Positions 39,074 through 52,341 are shown, numbered from the whole stretch's first letter. The stretch: 63,465 nt of DNA, filler included, from Octopus bimaculoides (GCF_001194135.2; 8 parts of 8 records of this genome joined end to end with filler, not necessarily neighbours in it), one strand, 5' to 3'. Numbers and translations are program-made. Notes: generated by a model from the sequence alone, not told the origin.

Positions 39074-39600
39074 TCATACAAAACGTATTCCTTGTTTTTC
39101 TTTTTTCTTTTTCAAACATTTAACTTTGGGGAAAATTTTTTTTATGAAGAGTAGTTCCATTGCCTTTCGATATTGTGGATCTTCCCGTGTACATTTATAA
39201 AAGGGAAAGATTTTGAACTTTCCGTCTCCGCATATTTCCAGATGTTTACTTAATGGAATCATTCTTAGTTCTTCTTGTCGGATATGTTGCCTGTGAATTC
39301 TTGCACGTTGACAAAGTGAGTTATTCGTTTCGCCAATGTAATTCTCTTTACAGTTTGGACAGGTGATGCAGTATATGAGATTTTGTGTTTTGCAGTTCAT
39401 ATCTGCATTTTTTTAAAAAATAGATCCGTTCTTGAATTTTATGTGGGAACCACTTTCTATGTATTTGTAGTTGTTGGTATTTTTACACATTCCACATCTC
39501 TTATCACCACATTCTTTGACTATGAATTCTGGTTTAGTCTCTGATCTGAATTCTGCATATACACACACATTAGAATGTACATACGTATATAAGTACATAG
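39074..39600 (-). mobile_element. Penelope-like element GIY-YIG endonuclease (frameshifted near 39410)
   Basis: ECGDKRCGMC ... NCKTQNLIYCITCPNCKENYIGETNNSLCQRARIHRQHI...HL..C...FKIFPF is the CxxxxCxxC linker plus LIY/YIG signature of PLE endonucleases. The upstream RT region falls in the gap. Confidence 0.9.
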
Positions 39601-41632
39601 ACGATNNNNNNNNNNNNNNNNNNNNNNNNNNNNNNNNNNNNNNNNNNNNNNNNNNNNNNNNNNNNNNNNNNNNNNNNNNNNNNNNNNNNNNNNNNNNNNN
39701 NNNNNNNNNNNNNNNNNNNNNNNNNNNNNNNNNNNNNNNNNNNNNNNNNNNNNNNNNNNNNNNNNNNNNNNNNNNNNNNNNNNNNNNNNNNNNNNNNNNN
39801 NNNNNNNNNNNNNNNNNNNNNNNNNNNNNNNNNNNNNNNNNNNNNNNNNNNNNNNNNNNNNNNNNNNNNNNNNNNNNNNNNNNNNNNNNNNNNNNNNNNN
39901 NNNNNNNNNNNNNNNNNNNNNNNNNNNNNNNNNNNNNNNNNNNNNNNNNNNNNNNNNNNNNNNNNNNNNNNNNNNNNNNNNNNNNNNNNNNNNNNNNNNN
40001 NNNNNNNNNNNNNNNNNNNNNNNNNNNNNNNNNNNNNNNNNNNNNNNNNNNNNNNNNNNNNNNNNNNNNNNNNNNNNNNNNNNNNNNNNNNNNNNNNNNN
40101 NNNNNNNNNNNNNNNNNNNNNNNNNNNNNNNNNNNNNNNNNNNNNNNNNNNNNNNNNNNNNNNNNNNNNNNNNNNNNNNNNNNNNNNNNNNNNNNNNNNN
40201 NNNNNNNNNNNNNNNNNNNNNNNNNNNNNNNNNNNNNNNNNNNNNNNNNNNNNNNNNNNNNNNNNNNNNNNNNNNNNNNNNNNNNNNNNNNNNNNNNNNN
40301 NNNNNNNNNNNNNNNNNNNNNNNNNNNNNNNNNNNNNNNNNNNNNNNNNNNNNNNNNNNNNNNNNNNNNNNNNNNNNNNNNNNNNNNNNNNNNNNNNNNN
40401 NNNNNNNNNNNNNNNNNNNNNNNNNNNNNNNNNNNNNNNNNNNNNNNNNNNNNNNNNNNNNNATATATATATATATATATAATTATTTTATAGTAATAAA
40501 TATAAGTCGATTAGTGTGTTGAGTAGAGCATTGGCACATTTTAGGCTTACTGTTGTCAGCTGCAGTGTCAGTTGGGGTAATTATATTGAATAACGAGGAG
40601 ATAGATTTGCTGTTAAACTTTATTCTGAACAACGTTCGTTTTGACCCATCCTGCTATCGTCCTCCATGTGTGCGAGTCTGTTCAACATATTGTGTTGGAT
40701 CCATTTTGCAGACTGGGTCTCCTCAGGTACATTATATTTGATATTTTGTGTTTCTGCAGACTTGTCTGCACTTTATTTATTCCCTAACTAGACGGGCATA
40801 TAACAACATGACAGCCGTCACTCAACCTCTTTAGTGAAATACACTTTTATCTATGGATGTACTTGATAAATCCCAGACTGGCCAAGTTTAATACCAAATC
40901 TCTCTTCGCTTTACTTAATACTTATATATNNNNNNNNNNNNNNNNNNNNNNNNNNNNNNNNNNNNNNNNNNNNNNNNNNNNNNNNNNNNNNNNNNNNNNN
41001 NNNNNNNNNNNNNNNNNNNNNNNNNNNNNNNNNNNNNNNNNNNNNNNNNNNNNNNNNNNNNNNNNNNNNNNNNNNNNNNNNNNNNNNNNNNNNNNNNNNN
41101 NNNNNNNNNNNNNNNNNNNNNNNNNNNNNNNNNNNNNNNNNNNNNNNNNNNNNNNNNNNNNNNNNNNNNNNNNNNNNNNNNNNNNNNNNNNNNNNNNNNN
41201 NNNNNNNNNNNNNNNNNNNNNNNNNNNNNNNNNNNNNNNNNNNNNNNNNNNNNNNNNNNNNNNNNNNNNNNNNNNNNNNNNNNNNNNNNNNNNNNNNNNN
41301 NNNNNNNNNNNNNNNNNNNNNNNNNNNNNNNNNNNNNNNNNNNNNNNNNNNNNNNNNNNNNNNNNNNNNNNNNNNNNNNNNNNNNNNNNNNNNNNNNNNN
41401 NNNNNNNNNNNNNNNNNNNNNNNNNNNNNNNNNNNNNNNNNNNNNNNNNNNNNNNNNNNNNNNNNNNNNNNNNNNNNNNNNNNNNNNNNNNNNNNNNNNN
41501 NNNNNNNNNNNNNNNNNNNNNNNNNNNNNNNNNNNNNNNNNNNNNNNNNNNNNNNNNNNNNNNNNNNNNNNNNNNNNNNNNNNNNNNNNNNNNNNNNNNN
41601 NNNNNNNNNNNNNNNNNNNNNNNNNNNNNNNN

Positions 41633-41665
<33 letters not shown>

Positions 41666-42339
41666 CATACATTAATACATAATACTATATATATATAGTA
41701 ATAAGGACAAAGCTTTGCACTACACTTACAGTGTTTCAACTTTTCACAGAACTTTGTTATACATATACACATGTTACAAACATTAATATCAGTGCTTCCA
41801 TTCATATAGCGATATACAAAAATATAGGGCACAAATATTCAGTTTATATAATATATATAGATAAACTGTATATATGTTTCTATTTGCATGCATGAACGTT
41901 GTTACATAACTTGTTCTTGTAAAATGTGCGTATATATAGCGTGGTCTTTGGAATGTTTGAAATTCTCTGTCTCATTTTACTACTGTACGCTCTCCGTACT
42001 TCATGACATTATGCACACTGTCATTTGCATATTATTATCTTATCCATACCGCTGTACATGATATGTATTGACATATCCAATAGCTACCTCCTGATCTTAC
42101 ATTATAACTTTTAAGTTTTATTTTAGCTTTGTCTCTATTTGTTTTTTATCATCTTTACAATATATGCGAGCGCAACTCGAGTTTGTAGATCATATTTCCA
42201 AAGAACTTCTCGATGAGATAGTTATGATCTACGTAACGATGATGTGTTGTACGAATTATGCAAATAGTAAGAATGAATTTTGAAATAACAGTAATATTAT
42301 TTTCTGTCTTGCTTGCAAATGTATATATTCATATTTGTA

Positions 42340-42342
<3 letters not shown>

Positions 42343-42430
<88 letters not shown>
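42343..42430 (+). repeat. (GT)n microsatellite
   Basis: Directly visible; one of many (AT)n, (CA)n, (GATA)n, (AAT)n and (ACT)n runs across the window. Confidence 0.95.
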
Positions 42431-42432
<2 letters not shown>

Positions 42433-44108
42433 AGTAAAGTGAAATATTTACTTTTGCGTGGGTAAACACCTGCAAAATAGTTATTCTTTGTTTTCCCTTG
42501 GTGAAGTCTTTAAAATAAGTAGCACACACGCGCATAAACGCAAACACACACAGATGTTGGAAAACTTTGAAAGAAAATGTTTCGATGCATGCAAGAAATA
42601 AAATGACTACTTTCATTGACTTGCGTGAAAGCTTTTTACATACCCTCGCCCCAGCATTGATTAAAATTATCATTCATTTGTTATCATAAATCTACAACAT
42701 AATTATGTAGTTATACTTAACACGTTCGAGTAACTAAAAAACTGGAAAGACTTAAGCATCAAAAACTCGAGACAGAAATCTATTTATGGTCAAAAGTTTG
42801 TGAAATTTGGCTATGAATGACGTAATAAAATTATAGGACATATGTCTCTAGCTAGTTACACTTCATCACAGGTAGATGACGTCTCGATTCTTCACAGTGC
42901 ACTAATGTAGACACACTTGTCCTATTGTCCATCGGTATCATTCATACCCAAGGAAGACACTTTCCTACATATTGCTTATGAGAAAAAAATTCTCTTCGAA
43001 GACGGTTTACGTAGCAAAAGGTCTTCCAAAGTTTGTGTACAAAAAGGTGTTACAATTGCTGTACAAAGCTTTAATTTTAGTTGTTGCCGTCTGGTGCTTC
43101 CTTATTTAAGTGATTGCAGCTTGACAAATTTATTCACTCATTAATAAATTAAGACTATGAAAGGCGGATTTGGTTTCGGTAGCTGATGAAGTGTAGCAAC
43201 ATAGAAACAGCTGACATATCGTACGATGGCATCTTTCATGACCCATGGCGTTGTGTTTTCATGCAGGTTCTCCATAAGGAATTTTTCTTTCCAGAGATAG
43301 TTTCCGCAACAATGGTCTTTCCAGATTTGAAGACACACCAACGTTTTGAATATAACTGTAAACAGCTTAATATTATTCAAGGCTACTGCATGAACCTATA
43401 GCATATATATTGTATTATCATTTATATAATTGATATAATTTTTCTCTGTGTAATTATAAATAAATGAAAAGGATTGCAAATAAATAAATCATTAGCTATA
43501 ATATTAGATGTTGTTTTTTTTTTTTTCGAACATGCATCGGTACATTTAGAGAATGAATATTTATTTACATGTTTTATTACCGTCTCTAGATTAAGTGAGA
43601 CTCTGATACTTCATTCACTTATATACTTATATAATATTGTTGTATGTTAATTAAATACCTAAAGATTGTCTTCGAACAAACTGAGTTTGGGTTAATATAC
43701 TTTGAGATATATAGAAATATATTTCTATAGTTGTAGATTATATTTACTTATTTATTTAATTATTTTGTCCAGTATAATATTTTTAATGGAACATGTTATG
43801 TAGTTGAAACGTCAACGGACACGCTCCTAAACATGGGTATTTGAATCTATTTTCTTTCAGTCTGGCCTTCCTTTCACACAGAATTTCGTCTGTCTTTTGA
43901 ACCAAAACCCTGAAGAGACATGTACATGGTTATGAATTGTTTATAAATTAAATCATGTACATAAGTCAGAGCAACTTGTTGGCTGCATTGGCTTTTTTGA
44001 TAATTTTTTATGCTATCTTATAGTATATCATAATCATAGCATATTATGTTATATTACAATATAAATAAATTCTTAGATTGTCAATTAGATCCCTCTATTT
44101 AATTTATT

Positions 44109-44142
<34 letters not shown>

Positions 44143-44230
44143 GAGAATATACAAAAAATAACAACAGACGAGGACAGGTGGTGTAAATAACAAAAGTATA
44201 TATTAGTATGACGCTCGGGAATACGGAAAG

Positions 44231-44267
44231 TCTTTGACGTTTCGAGCTACGCTCTTCAACAGAAAGA
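44231..44267 (-). ncRNA. Minimal type I hammerhead ribozyme motif (Penelope-type), core variant CUGUUGA
   Basis: Minus strand reads TCTTT-CTGTTGA-A-GAGC-GTA-GCTC-GAAA-C-GTC-AAAGA: 5-bp stem I, 4-bp stem II, palindromic ACGT stem III and GUC cleavage triplet. Confidence 0.7.
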
Positions 44268-44331
44268 ATACGGAGACAAGGAGAAAAACACGGAGAAAAA
44301 AAATTGAATAGTGTTCAGTCAACGGTCAATC

Positions 44332-44367
<36 letters not shown>

Positions 44368-44693
44368 GCTAATTGAAGTGTGTGTTTGAATAACTGATTA
44401 GTGGTCACGATTTGAGTATTTTCGGGCAACGCAGTCCTATAAATGGGTACACACATATATATGTGGAGGAATGCTTAGTCAAATTCGTGTATTATGTGCG
44501 TATGTCAAGCAGTTCTCTATATTACTCTACCAGTCAAAGTTATTTTACACCATTAGGTTTCAAGATAGTGCTCATGTTTGCCAATTTACTATCATAATTT
44601 GTGAAAATATATGCATAAATGTGAATGTGTTTAATCTTCACATAGTGACTTTGGAACCGCCTTGGCCAGAAATACCCAATGCGTACACACAGA

Positions 44694-44759
<66 letters not shown>

Positions 44760-44853
44760 AATACATATAAGTACATGCATACATACACAGAGTAGTAATG
44801 TTGCAAGTATAGGCAGAGAGATATGTGCATATATATCGTCGAAACAAATTTAC

Positions 44854-44894
<41 letters not shown>

Positions 44895-46510
44895 CTTTTC
44901 CTTCTTCAATATAAATGAGGTTATTTAATTATGTCTTCAATTAATGCCACGTTGTTTCAGCATCCTGTTTGTCCGTGCAGATATTCGGCATGTACTGTAC
45001 AGCTGCAGTTAATTTACGTGCATATTTTTAATGGTGGAATAGTGAGGAATATAACTATAATGGCTTAAACACATGTTTAGCTACAACGCACGTGCACGCT
45101 CCGAATTTTGTCTTCGTAATTATAAATTCTTAATTGCATATCCTTCATTAGACGAACCAACTGCGAAGGAAGTTATCCGCAAATTATCAATATCTACATA
45201 TAATTCGAGATTATATTCTTGGAGTATCTAATAAGGAAGATAAATTTGTGTGTTCTCATGCCAATCTTTTTACTCACACATAAACACAGAGATTCTCTCA
45301 CACATGCATACGTACACCTATATGTATATATATATATATNNNNNNNNNNNNNNNNNNNNNNNNNNNNNNNNNNNNNNNNNNNNNNNNNNNNNNNNNNNNN
45401 NNNNNNNNNNNNNNNNNNNNNNNNNNNNNNNNNNNNNNNNNNNNNNNNNNNNNNNNNNNNNNNNNNNNNNNNNNNNNNNNNNNNNNNNNNNNNNNNNNNN
45501 NNNNNNNNNNNNNNNNNNNNNNNNNNNNNNNNNNNNNNNNNNNNNNNNNNNNNNNNNNNNNNNNNNNNNNNNNNNNNNNNNNNNNNNNNNNNNNNNNNNN
45601 NNNNNNNNNNNNNNNNNNNNNNNNNNNNNNNNNNNNNNNNNNNNNNNNNNNNNNNNNNNNNNNNNNNNNNNNNNNNNNNNNNNNNNNNNNNNNNNNNNNN
45701 NNNNNNNNNNNNNNNNNNNNNNNNNNNNNNNNNNNNNNNNNNNNNNNNNNNNNNNNNNNNNNNNNNNNNNNNNNNNNNNNNNNNNNNNNNNNNNNNNNNN
45801 NNNNNNNNNNNNNNNNNNNNNNNNNNNNNNNNNNNNNNNNNNNNNNNNNNNNNNNNNNNNNNNNNNNNNNNNNNNNNNNNNNNNNNNNNNNNNNNNNNNN
45901 NNNNNNNNNNNNNNNNNNNNNNNNNNNNNNNNNNNNNNNNNNNNNNNNNNNNNNNNNNNNNNNNNNNNNNNNNNNNNNNNNNNNNNNNNNNNNNNNNNNN
46001 NNNNNNNNNNNNNNNNNNNNNNNNNNNNNNNNNNNNNNNNNNNNNNNNNNNNNNNNNNNNNNNNNNNNNNNNNNNNNNNNNNNNNNNNNNNNNNNNNNNN
46101 NNNNNNNNNNNNNNNNNNNNNNNNNNNNNNNNNNNNNNNNNNNNNNNNNNNNNNNNNNNNNNNNNNNNNNNNNNNNNNNNNNNNNNNNNNNNNNNNNNNA
46201 TATATATACATAATATTATTAACATAAATGATATGTACGGGAATTTGTCAACACAGTATTATCAAGGTCATACAAACAAATTCCTGAACATCTGAGAACA
46301 TTTCAGTGGTTAAAATGCGCTGACAAAAAGAAACGCCAAAACAACTTTAGCATCCATTCATTCAAATAAGAGCGACATCAATAACTAATTTAGTTCATAA
46401 AAATAAAATATTTAAAAAATTCTAAAAATATAGAAATAATAAAAATACCCTTTTTAGAAATAATTCATTTCTTAATCTCTGGGAGAGATTTATACAGTAG
46501 TGATACGATG

Positions 46511-46772
46511 AAGTAGTTGTATGCTGTCAACTTAATGTAACAGTCCCCGGAAGGGAATAATACTACTGTTGGTTAGACCTGATGACGAGCAAAGACTCAG
46601 AAATATGTCTCTGGATACAGGCTTAGCTGGGTGGAGGTGCTTGTCTCCCCCTTGTAAACATAAGGACACAGGAAATATGTCAAGGAAGCGGTGCAGCTTC
46701 CTAAGTCTAACCAACAGTAGTATTATTCCCTTCAGGGGACTGTCACAGTAAGTTGACAGCATACAACTACTT
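46511..46772. repeat. Foldback element: 68-bp inverted repeats around a 126-bp core
   Basis: 46511-46578 is the reverse complement of 46705-46772 with 3 mismatches. Confidence 0.9.
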
Positions 46773-46989
46773 TAATTAAAAATATCATTTTAATTCCATA
46801 GTTTTTGACAATTTGAAATTTACATAAAAAAAACTTTACATAAAAATGATTCTATTTATCTTTTAAAATTCATGACGTCACTGGATATTCAAGGAACAAA
46901 AACTGCTTAATTCATAGCTGAAGAATAAAAATTACAGAAATATATTCAATGTAACGTTTGATAGAAACTTATATACTTCAGGTCGCAAT

Positions 46990-47560
46990 AATTAATTACC
47001 TATTTATCTAATATAAACCCCTCTATAGGAATTAAACTTATTTTATAATAACTGAAGTAATATTATATTCAACAACATATACAACCACCGAGCATCTCAC
47101 TGGTTAATCAAAACATAATAATTTCAGAAAAGACAATCGAATATCTGTTTATTTATCATAATAAACTCTTATATGGGAATTAACCTTACTATATAATAAT
47201 TGAAAAATCATTATAATTAATACTAATATATACAATTATTCTTGACTACGCTAGATAACTGAAGAATTTAAATAACGAATAAGATAATTAAATACCTATT
47301 TTTAAATAATACCCTTTTATAGGAATTACGATTAATATTTAATAATAAAACATTAGTATAATTAATCATATATGAAATTTATGATGACCTCGATGGATAA
47401 TTAAAAGAATAAAAATTATAGATCAGAGTTCTACGTTATGCTTAATTGAAGCTTAGATACTGTAGATCGTTATAATTACTTACTCATTATATTTAGCACA
47501 TTAAAAGAAATTAACCTTACCATATGATAAGTAATTAAAAGATTATTATATCTAATAATT
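46990..47560. repeat. Degenerate AT-rich tandem repeat, period about 148 bp
   Basis: The motif ataaacc..tataggaattaa..tta recurs at about 47013, 47161 and 47306, with a weaker copy near 47500. Confidence 0.55.
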
Positions 47561-48699
47561 TTAATATTCAAATGTCTTTCTAAATTTATGGCAACATCTT
47601 AAAGGTAGGTGCCTATTAAAGTTCAATAAAATTAATTTAGAATTAATTATAAAATATAATTCTTCGAGGGAAAGATCACAAGTAAAATTACCAATATTAT
47701 ACGATGGTGCATAACTAATAATGGACCACTTTAAATCATATTTAATATTCTTATCCTTTAAATTCCAAATTCATTCGCAAAGATTAATAGAACTACATTT
47801 TCTTCTATATTTAAAGAAAGTAGAATGATTATAAAATCTAGATTTCCAAATAGTAGGAGAAGAACCAATATACTAATACGTACGATGTCTAGTTATTATT
47901 TCACACTGACTTACTATATTCTCTTTAAACACTGAATTCCTAAAGGGCATCGAATTGTGTTTACACAATTACACAGGAATTTGTTCACTTGTAGATTGCC
48001 CTCAGAGTCTGTTTCATCCTTCTGGACAAACGGATAGACTGCAACAGTATAATAGCAACATAATCGACACGAACCGCAGTAACTACATGTAACGTAACAA
48101 TAATCTTTCAAGAACTTACGATCCAACACGCTAACTCTAACTGTAAACGTTGAAATCTAACTTTGAACTATCAACACACGAACTGTAGAAGTACCACGAA
48201 ATATTTTCTTTTATTAAAGGACTCAGGCTTATACACAGAGGGGACGGTACAAGGACAGCTAGAACACCTCAGTGGGGACAAAAACACAGAACGTACGAAT
48301 GAAGGATGAACAATACTAATGAATATGAAATGGCTGCATGCTCCCCACTCGCAAGCAGTATCATTTAAATGTTTTAGTCTAACATTTTTAATATCATTTT
48401 TTCCTTTATTTTTTCATTTTGCATCTGAGTTGCAGTCATTAGAATTTCAAACATTTACTTTTTTACCATTTTATGTAAGACAGTAAGTCCTCATAATCTA
48501 TCACTGGCGGCAAGTCATCAAACTCCACGAGTACTCCTGTTGGGTCCATCCTATTTCCAAACAATTCTCTCAATCTTGCGCATCTCTCCCTGTCAATTAC
48601 AATTGCTTGGTAGCTTCTGGATAATATTTCGTTGTAATCTTCACTCTTATTACCGACTTAATTTTTGTTATTTTCCTTTCAATTTCCGTGCATTTCGCA

Positions 48700-49660
48700 T
48701 ATGTCACCATATTCCATTTATTTTTCGCTTCCTTTTTTTTTTACTTGTTCCTGCAGTCCCAATTTATTTTCCGCGTTGGATTCCCTTAATGTTGTTAGAA
48801 TCTCATGTTGTTCCCTTTCCTGTTTACTTTCCTTCCTTTTCTTTATCGGACTCTTCGGCAGTGAGTCCACGTCGTCCTTCCTTTTTTTTTTTTTTTTTTG
48901 CTCTTTACCACCGTATATTCGTCCTCCACCTTCTCCGGACATTTCTCACTTCCTGGGGTCGTCTGTTCGGTATTTTACTCCCGCTCGCTCGTCACCCTGC
49001 TGCTTCTGTTCCTTGTCGCCTTTATCGTCATTCTGGGGCCACCTTGCCCTCATACGTCCCCTTACTCTACACTTGTAACAGGCTGGAGGCCTTCCTCCAC
49101 CACTATTCTCAATCTTACGTCTTGCGGCAGTATCACCTCCTCCGCTATCTTGTGTAAGTCTTGTAAACTGACTTGGATGGCCACTTCGAAGCCGTATCCC
49201 CGTCAGTTTACTTGTTTTGTCCTTGTTACTTTCAACACTTTTACGTCCTCCTCTATAATGGCTGCCACCAGCCACGCCGCCTCAAACTCCGGGGGTACTC
49301 TGTCAATCCGTACCCTGGCCACTCGTTTGTCACAGTAAGTTGGCAGAAGAACCCACTTCGGTGTCCTTAGCGCCACAGTGGAGTGGTTTATCGCTTCTTG
49401 TTCGCTAGCGAACCTTGCCTCCACTGTGCCGTATCTTCTCCCCCTGGTGTAAAATGTTGTGAGGCTTTTTACCTCTTTCAAACACTCCTGTATGGCTTCC
49501 ACTGTGGCTATTTCTATTTTTTTCCCGTTGACGTGGACATCATTCTATATACCACTGTCCGTTTTGTTACACTAGCTGTTAAATTTTCCGGTGGGGTGAA
49601 CTTCAAACTGGTTCCTTCCTTCTCGATAAGTCTGTTGTATTCCTATATATAGTTTTTAGT
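48700..49660 (-). mobile_element. Tx1/L1-like LINE ORF1 remnant with degenerate zinc knuckle
   Basis: RRYGTVEARFASEQEA...PKWVLLPTY...RVARVRIDRVPPEF...LRIVV/EGRPPACYKCRVRGRMRARWP (decayed CCHC), followed by a lysine-rich tail; contains stops and frameshifts. Confidence 0.7.
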
Positions 49661-49879
49661 ATCTCTTTCGTTTGAGCATTATCTTTAGGTGTTCGGTCTG
49701 CTTTCTTTTTCTCATGCTGGTTTTACGGGACTATTTCTTTTGGTAGCGTTTCATCGGATATTTCACAATTTACGTCCATGGGAATTTCTTCTAGGGTATC
49801 TCTCTTCATTAGTTGGTTTACATGTCTCTTTTCTTCATCGTGTGACCCTTTAATTAGATACATCATACTTCCAATTTTT

Positions 49880-51080
49880 CTTGTAACAAGGCCATCATCC
49901 CAGCCTCTTTACCGTTTCTATTGGTTTTGAAATGCGCTTTATCATCTATCTCCACGTATTTCGTTCGCTCTTTTGTTTTTTCTTTAAGTCGTTTTCTCTC
50001 TGGTAATAGCATATCCAAGATGGATTTTATTCCTCGTGCGTACGTCAATTCTGCGGGAGAATCCCATGAATTTGCACTGAATCGGGGGTCATTCTGTATA
50101 TCCTTAAGAAATTTGTCAGTGATTCGTCGTTACTTAATTCATTCCTCGCTTTTCTTAACTCTCTTTTAAAATTCTCCACAAATCCTTCTACTTGCCCGTT
50201 TGATCTCGAGTGGAAGGGTGCAGTGAAAATATGCTTTCTTATATGCCTTTTACAGACGTTCTTGAATTCATACCGACAGAACTGCGGCCTGTTGTCTGAA
50301 ACTAACGTGGCAAGGACATCGTATCGCGCGAATAATTCGTATAAGAACATTATAGTTGTCAAAAAGATTGCTCTATAGCACCTGAAAACCACCGATCACT
50401 TAGTACAGCTATCTATTATGAAGAGATTGCAAGCGCCGTTTACCGGTCCGGCATAGTCAATGTGTAACCTAGGCCATGGGTTCTCTGTCTCTGGTCACGA
50501 TTGATATTTTACCGTTGTGGGTTTGGCCGTAAGCGCACAACCACGGTACGTTCTCACCAAATTTTTTATATCTCAGTCCATAGACGGCCAATAGACATGC
50601 CTCCTCCTCAGAACGTTCACCCTCGCCATTCCTAAATGTCCGCTGTGAAACTGTTGCAATACTCCTTTTTGTGATGTCGTTGAAACCACCATTCTTTGGG
50701 CATACATCAGGATAACATCGCGAATTGAAAATCTACTGGCATCTGAATTTTTATTTGTTTATTTTTTTCGTAATATACTCATCACCTACAGCTTTCATTC
50801 TTATATACTGTGGCGTCACTGGTAGTTCTTGGATAACGTTCGTCATAACACTTTCAATCGCACTTTCTGCCTGAAGTGCGGCTATAACTTCTATGGTCTC
50901 TTCTATGGTTCCATATTTTTGGAATTAATCTCGAAAGGCAGTCTGCATGGCCGGCTTTTTTCAATGAAATGTATTGCACTTTGAAATTTTTTGTTTAGTA
51001 ATATTACACCCAAACGTTGCAGGCGGTTCGTAGTACGAGTCGGTAACCCTTTATAACACCCATAAATCGACGATTCTCCA
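49880..51080 (-). mobile_element. Gypsy LTR retrotransposon pol remnant (RNase H end, integrase zinc finger and core)
   Basis: NRLQRLGVILL, GHADCLSRLIP, QQFHSGHLGMARV, VYWPSMD, PWPRLHIDYAGP, LVSDNRPQF and APFHSRSNGQVEGFV; multiple stops and frameshifts. Confidence 0.92.
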
Positions 51081-51636
51081 CTTCATCGTATGGAATATGT
51101 AATTTGTCCTACCCCTAACATGATCAGCTATCTACGTTGGGGGAAGGGGATTGTCGATGTGCCGGACTGAAGACTCAGGGTTCGCATAACATCTCTTAAA
51201 ATTAACGTCGCATAAACCGATATAATTTTTCTTTCTAGTATATTGAAACCTTGCTGTGCATTCTGCCGCATAGACGAGGAACTTTATTATACACGCCTGG
51301 TTAAGTAAGCAAGATTTTAATATTGAGAAGCTGTCTCGCAGACTCTGAATCCCTCTACTTCGAATTATTCTACAAATAGTTTCATTATGACTTCCACAGT
51401 CAATGGTGACATAACTCTAATTTTCTATCTTTTCTTTTTCTGTTTTCATTACCTTTTCTCTTCCCATTATACTTTTTGCATGATCCTTCACATTTCGTCT
51501 CGTGGTTTCTCATGTACCAACGTTCTGATTTCCAAATAGAACAAAACCATGCGCTCAGAGTCTGAGTATTGCTTGCAGACTAAAAGCACAAAGCACATTA
51601 CAAAACCTGCCCCACCACGTGTCTTAATGGCAGCAA

Positions 51637-51671
<35 letters not shown>

Positions 51672-52277
51672 NNNNNNNNNNNNNNNNNNNNNNNNNNNNN
51701 NNNNNNNNNNNNNNNTTAATTAATTAANNNNNNNNNNNNNNNNNNNNNNNNNNNNNNNNNNNNNNNNNNNNCATAGTCAAAACAATTGAAACTAAACATC
51801 ATCAATTTTAACATCCGCTTTCCATGCTAGCATGGGTTGGACGATTTGACTGAGGACTGGCGAACCAGATGGCTGCACCAGGCTCCAATCTGATTTGGCA
51901 GAGTTTCTACAGCTGGATGCCCTCCCTAACGCCAACCACTCTGAGAGTGTAGTGAGTGCTTTTACGTGCCACCCACATGAAGGCCAGTCAGGCGGTACTG
52001 GCAACGGCCATGCTCAAAATGGTGTATTTTACATGCCACCTGCACGGGAGCCAGTCCAGCGGCACTGGCAACGATCTTGCTCAAATGTCATTGATGATGA
52101 TAATGATGATGATGATGATGATGATGTTGATGATGATGATGATGACTAATGCTATCTGGAAGTGGTAGTAGTTGCAGTGGGAGAGATTGTGAGGGGGGTG
52201 GGGAGTTTACGAGGAAGAGATTGGGTGAATTACTGACAACAGAATTTCAAAAAAAAAAAAAAAGGGCTACCACTCAC

Positions 52278-52341
52278 AGCATCGACTTTCCCTTGTGTCT
52301 TCATAGAATCCTTGTAGCGTTCTTTCACATATGATTCCAAT
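52278..52341 (-). CDS. IFT172: IFT172 internal exon (LESYVKERYKDSMKTQGKVDA)
   Basis: ctttttgcag acceptor and GCT|GTGAGT donor; 64 nt, phase 2 to 0. Matches IFT172 [21 protein letters not shown]. The intervening phase 0 to 2 exon is not visible. Confidence 0.9.

Noticed and set aside
42901-42960. Minus-strand GQ*DKCV resembling IFT172 GQWDKCI (the expected next exon)
   Set aside because: In-frame stop, flanking residues do not align and there are no suitable splice sites; judged coincidental.
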